Shown one piece after another: positions 62,409 through 64,000 of a DNA stretch of 64,000 bases. This DNA comes from an uncultured beta proteobacterium (GTDB lineage: Bacteria; Pseudomonadota; Gammaproteobacteria; Burkholderiales; Burkholderiaceae). The DNA is taken from contig CAIUOP010000088.1 of assembly GCA_903900805.1 (NCBI GenBank), positions 20,411 to 84,410 of the forward strand, written 5' to 3'. The position numbers were made by a program, and so were the translations under genes. A model generated the notes under the pieces. It ran no database searches, had not been told where the DNA came from, and was given only the letters and a program-made list of their open reading frames with translations. Every line of letters starts with the position of its first letter. Position 1 is the stretch's first letter.

Positions 62409-64000
62409 ATGAGTCAAATAATCGACATTAAAGTCCCGGATATCGGTGACTACAAAGATATTCCAGTAATTGAGGTCTTAGTCAAAGCCGGTGATCAGAT
62501 TGAGAAAGAGCAATCTATTGTTGTCTTGGAATCTGATAAAGCCACGATGGATGTTCCTTCATCCCACTCCGGCGTTGTGAAGGAAGTCAAAGTCAAGATT
62601 GGTGACAATCTTTCCCAAGGATCAGTTGTGATCACTTTGGAAGAGGGCTCAGCAACAGCAGCTGCTCCTGCTCAGGCAAGCGCTGCAACACCAGCGCTGG
62701 CAAGCCCACCTGTATCAGGTAGCACTCCAATCGAAATCACAGTTCCGGATATCGGCGACTATAAAGGCGTGCCAGTGATTGAGGTCTTGGTCAAAGCCGG
62801 TGATCGGGTTGAGAAAGAACAATCTATTGTTGTGCTTGAGTCTGATAAAGCCACGATGGATGTTCCTTCATCCCACTCCGGAGTTGTGAAGGAAGTCAAA
62901 GTCAAGATTGGCGACAATCTTTCCCAGGGATCAGTAGTATTAATTCTGGAAGCTGATTCATCTGGATCTGCAGCTACTCCAGCAGCGGCGCCAGTAGCAC
63001 CAACAATACCAGTAAGCAAGCCTGCGGCAGTTGAGCCACCAGTTGCTCGTGCTCCAGCACCTCCTCCAATTTCGAATTCAGCCCCAGCAGTAGACGCATC
63101 ATTGAGTCATGCAAGTCCATCAGTGCGTAAATTTGCCCGTGAACTGGGCGTGACTGTTCATCAAGTCAAAGGTTCTGGTCCTAAGGGGCGTATCACACAA
63201 GAGGACGTTCAAGCTTTTGTTAAAGCAGCCATGAGTGGTGGTGCTGGTAGTCCAGTAGCATCAAGTGGCGGAAGCTTGGGTGGCCTGAATCTCATTCCTT
63301 GGCCAAAAGTCGATTTCGCGAAGTTTGGTGAGATTGAGCGTCAGCCATTAAATCGTATTAAGAAGATGACTGCGGCTAATCTTGGCCGTAACTGGGTGAT
63401 GATCCCAGCAGTGACCTATCACGAAGATGCAGATGTGACTGACTTAGAAGCATTCCGCGTAGAGACGAATAAAGATAATGAGAAGAAGGGCGTCAAGATT
63501 ACGATGCTCGCTTTCTTGATGAAAGCTGCTGTAGCTGCCTTAAAGAAACATCCAGAGTTTAATAGCTCGCTTGACGGTGACGATTTAATTTTGAAGAAGT
63601 ACTTCAATATTGGTTTTGCTGCAGATACACCAACCGGTCTAGTAGTGCCTGTGATCAAAAATGTGGATAAGAAAGGCATTTTCGAAATTGCTAAAGAAAC
63701 TTCTGAGTTAGCAGCATTGGCTCGTGACGGTAAACTGAAGCCAGATCAAATGCAGGGTGCCAGCTTTACGATTTCCTCTTTGGGCGGCATTGGCGGGACT
63801 TACTTCTCGCCCATTGTAAATGCTCCAGAGGTCGCTATTTTGGGTGTGAGTAAAGCTGCTATGAAACCAGTATGGGATGGCAAGCAATTTGTACCACGTC
63901 TCATTTGCCCATTGTCTCTTTCCGCAGATCATCGTGTGATTGATGGTGCATTAGCTACACGTTTCAATTTGTATATTGCGCAACTCTTAGCCGACTTCCG
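62409..64000 (+). CDS. aceF: Dihydrolipoyllysine-residue acetyltransferase (PDH E2), 3' end beyond the window
   Basis: The ATG at 62409 follows an AAGAGAAG SD and the frame is open to the window end. It has two lipoyl domains (each with ESDKATMDVPS), Ala/Pro linkers, an E3-binding domain (SPSVRKFARELGV) and a catalytic domain reaching the DHRVIDGA motif. Confidence 0.92.
   Translation, partial: MSQIIDIKVPDIGDYKDIPVIEVLVKAGDQIEKEQSIVVLESDKATMDVPSSHSGVVKEVKVKIGDNLSQGSVVITLEEGSATAAAPAQASAATPALASPPVSGSTPIEITVPDIGDYKGVPVIEVLVKAGDRVEKEQSIVVLESDKATMDVPSSHSGVVKEVKVKIGDNLSQGSVVLILEADSSGSAATPAAAPVAPTIPVSKPAAVEPPVARAPAPPPISNSAPAVDASLSHASPSVRKFARELGVTVHQVKGSGPKGRITQEDVQAFVKAAMSGGAGSPVASSGGSLGGLNLIPWPKVDFAKFGEIERQPLNRIKKMTAANLGRNWVMIPAVTYHEDADVTDLEAFRVETNKDNEKKGVKITMLAFLMKAAVAALKKHPEFNSSLDGDDLILKKYFNIGFAADTPTGLVVPVIKNVDKKGIFEIAKETSELAALARDGKLKPDQMQGASFTISSLGGIGGTYFSPIVNAPEVAILGVSKAAMKPVWDGKQFVPRLICPLSLSADHRVIDGALATRFNLYIAQLLADF
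62436..62939 (+). repeat. Tandem intragenic duplication (two lipoyl-domain modules, 309-nt offset)
   Basis: Segments 62436-62630 and 62745-62939 align without gaps. By hand count about 175 of 195 nt are identical, including a run of more than 40 nt (tctgataaagccacgatggatgttccttcatcccactccgg). Confidence 0.8.

Overview
This 64-kb window is a compact, moderately AT-rich betaproteobacterial chromosome segment. Gene content and order look Burkholderiales-like. A streamlined Polynucleobacter-type genome is my guess only and cannot be verified here. About 60 tightly packed genes are present, many with overlapping stop and start codons, and nearly all are recognisable housekeeping functions. In order they are: a CzcCBA-like RND efflux system; surE-pcm-nlpD; a PolB-like exonuclease and rlmD; ndk-rlmN-ispG-hisS-yfgM-bamB-der-hfq-hflX-hflK-hflC-hisZ-purA; glcB; tRNA-Leu(CAG); rnr-rlmB; tal and rpiA; argA-yggX; hrpA; glnA-ntrB-ntrC-xthA; prlC-folD; a FixL/FixJ-like two-component pair; and aceE-aceF (aceF is cut by the window end). 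I saw no rRNA, CRISPR array, transposase, integrase or phage genes. I do not see a convincing novel multi-gene system such as a defence locus, and most of the window is ordinary core genome. Five things are most worth a second look. (1) The NtrC homolog has substitutions in two near-invariant AAA+ motifs (GAFPGA, and Walker B GE instead of DE). (2) A 260-nt gene-free gap holds a sigma70-like promoter, five hairpins and a strong terminator, which makes it a candidate sRNA. (3) An uncharacterised five-gene envelope or lipid-type operon follows hrpA. (4) A small accessory patch between glcB and tRNA-Leu contains a Cys/His hydrolase-like orphan and a pore-loop channel with a degenerate filter. (5) The conserved N-terminus of hflX is encoded upstream of any canonical start codon. 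Synteny gaps (no rpoS after nlpD, no rodZ between rlmN and ispG) are also noted.
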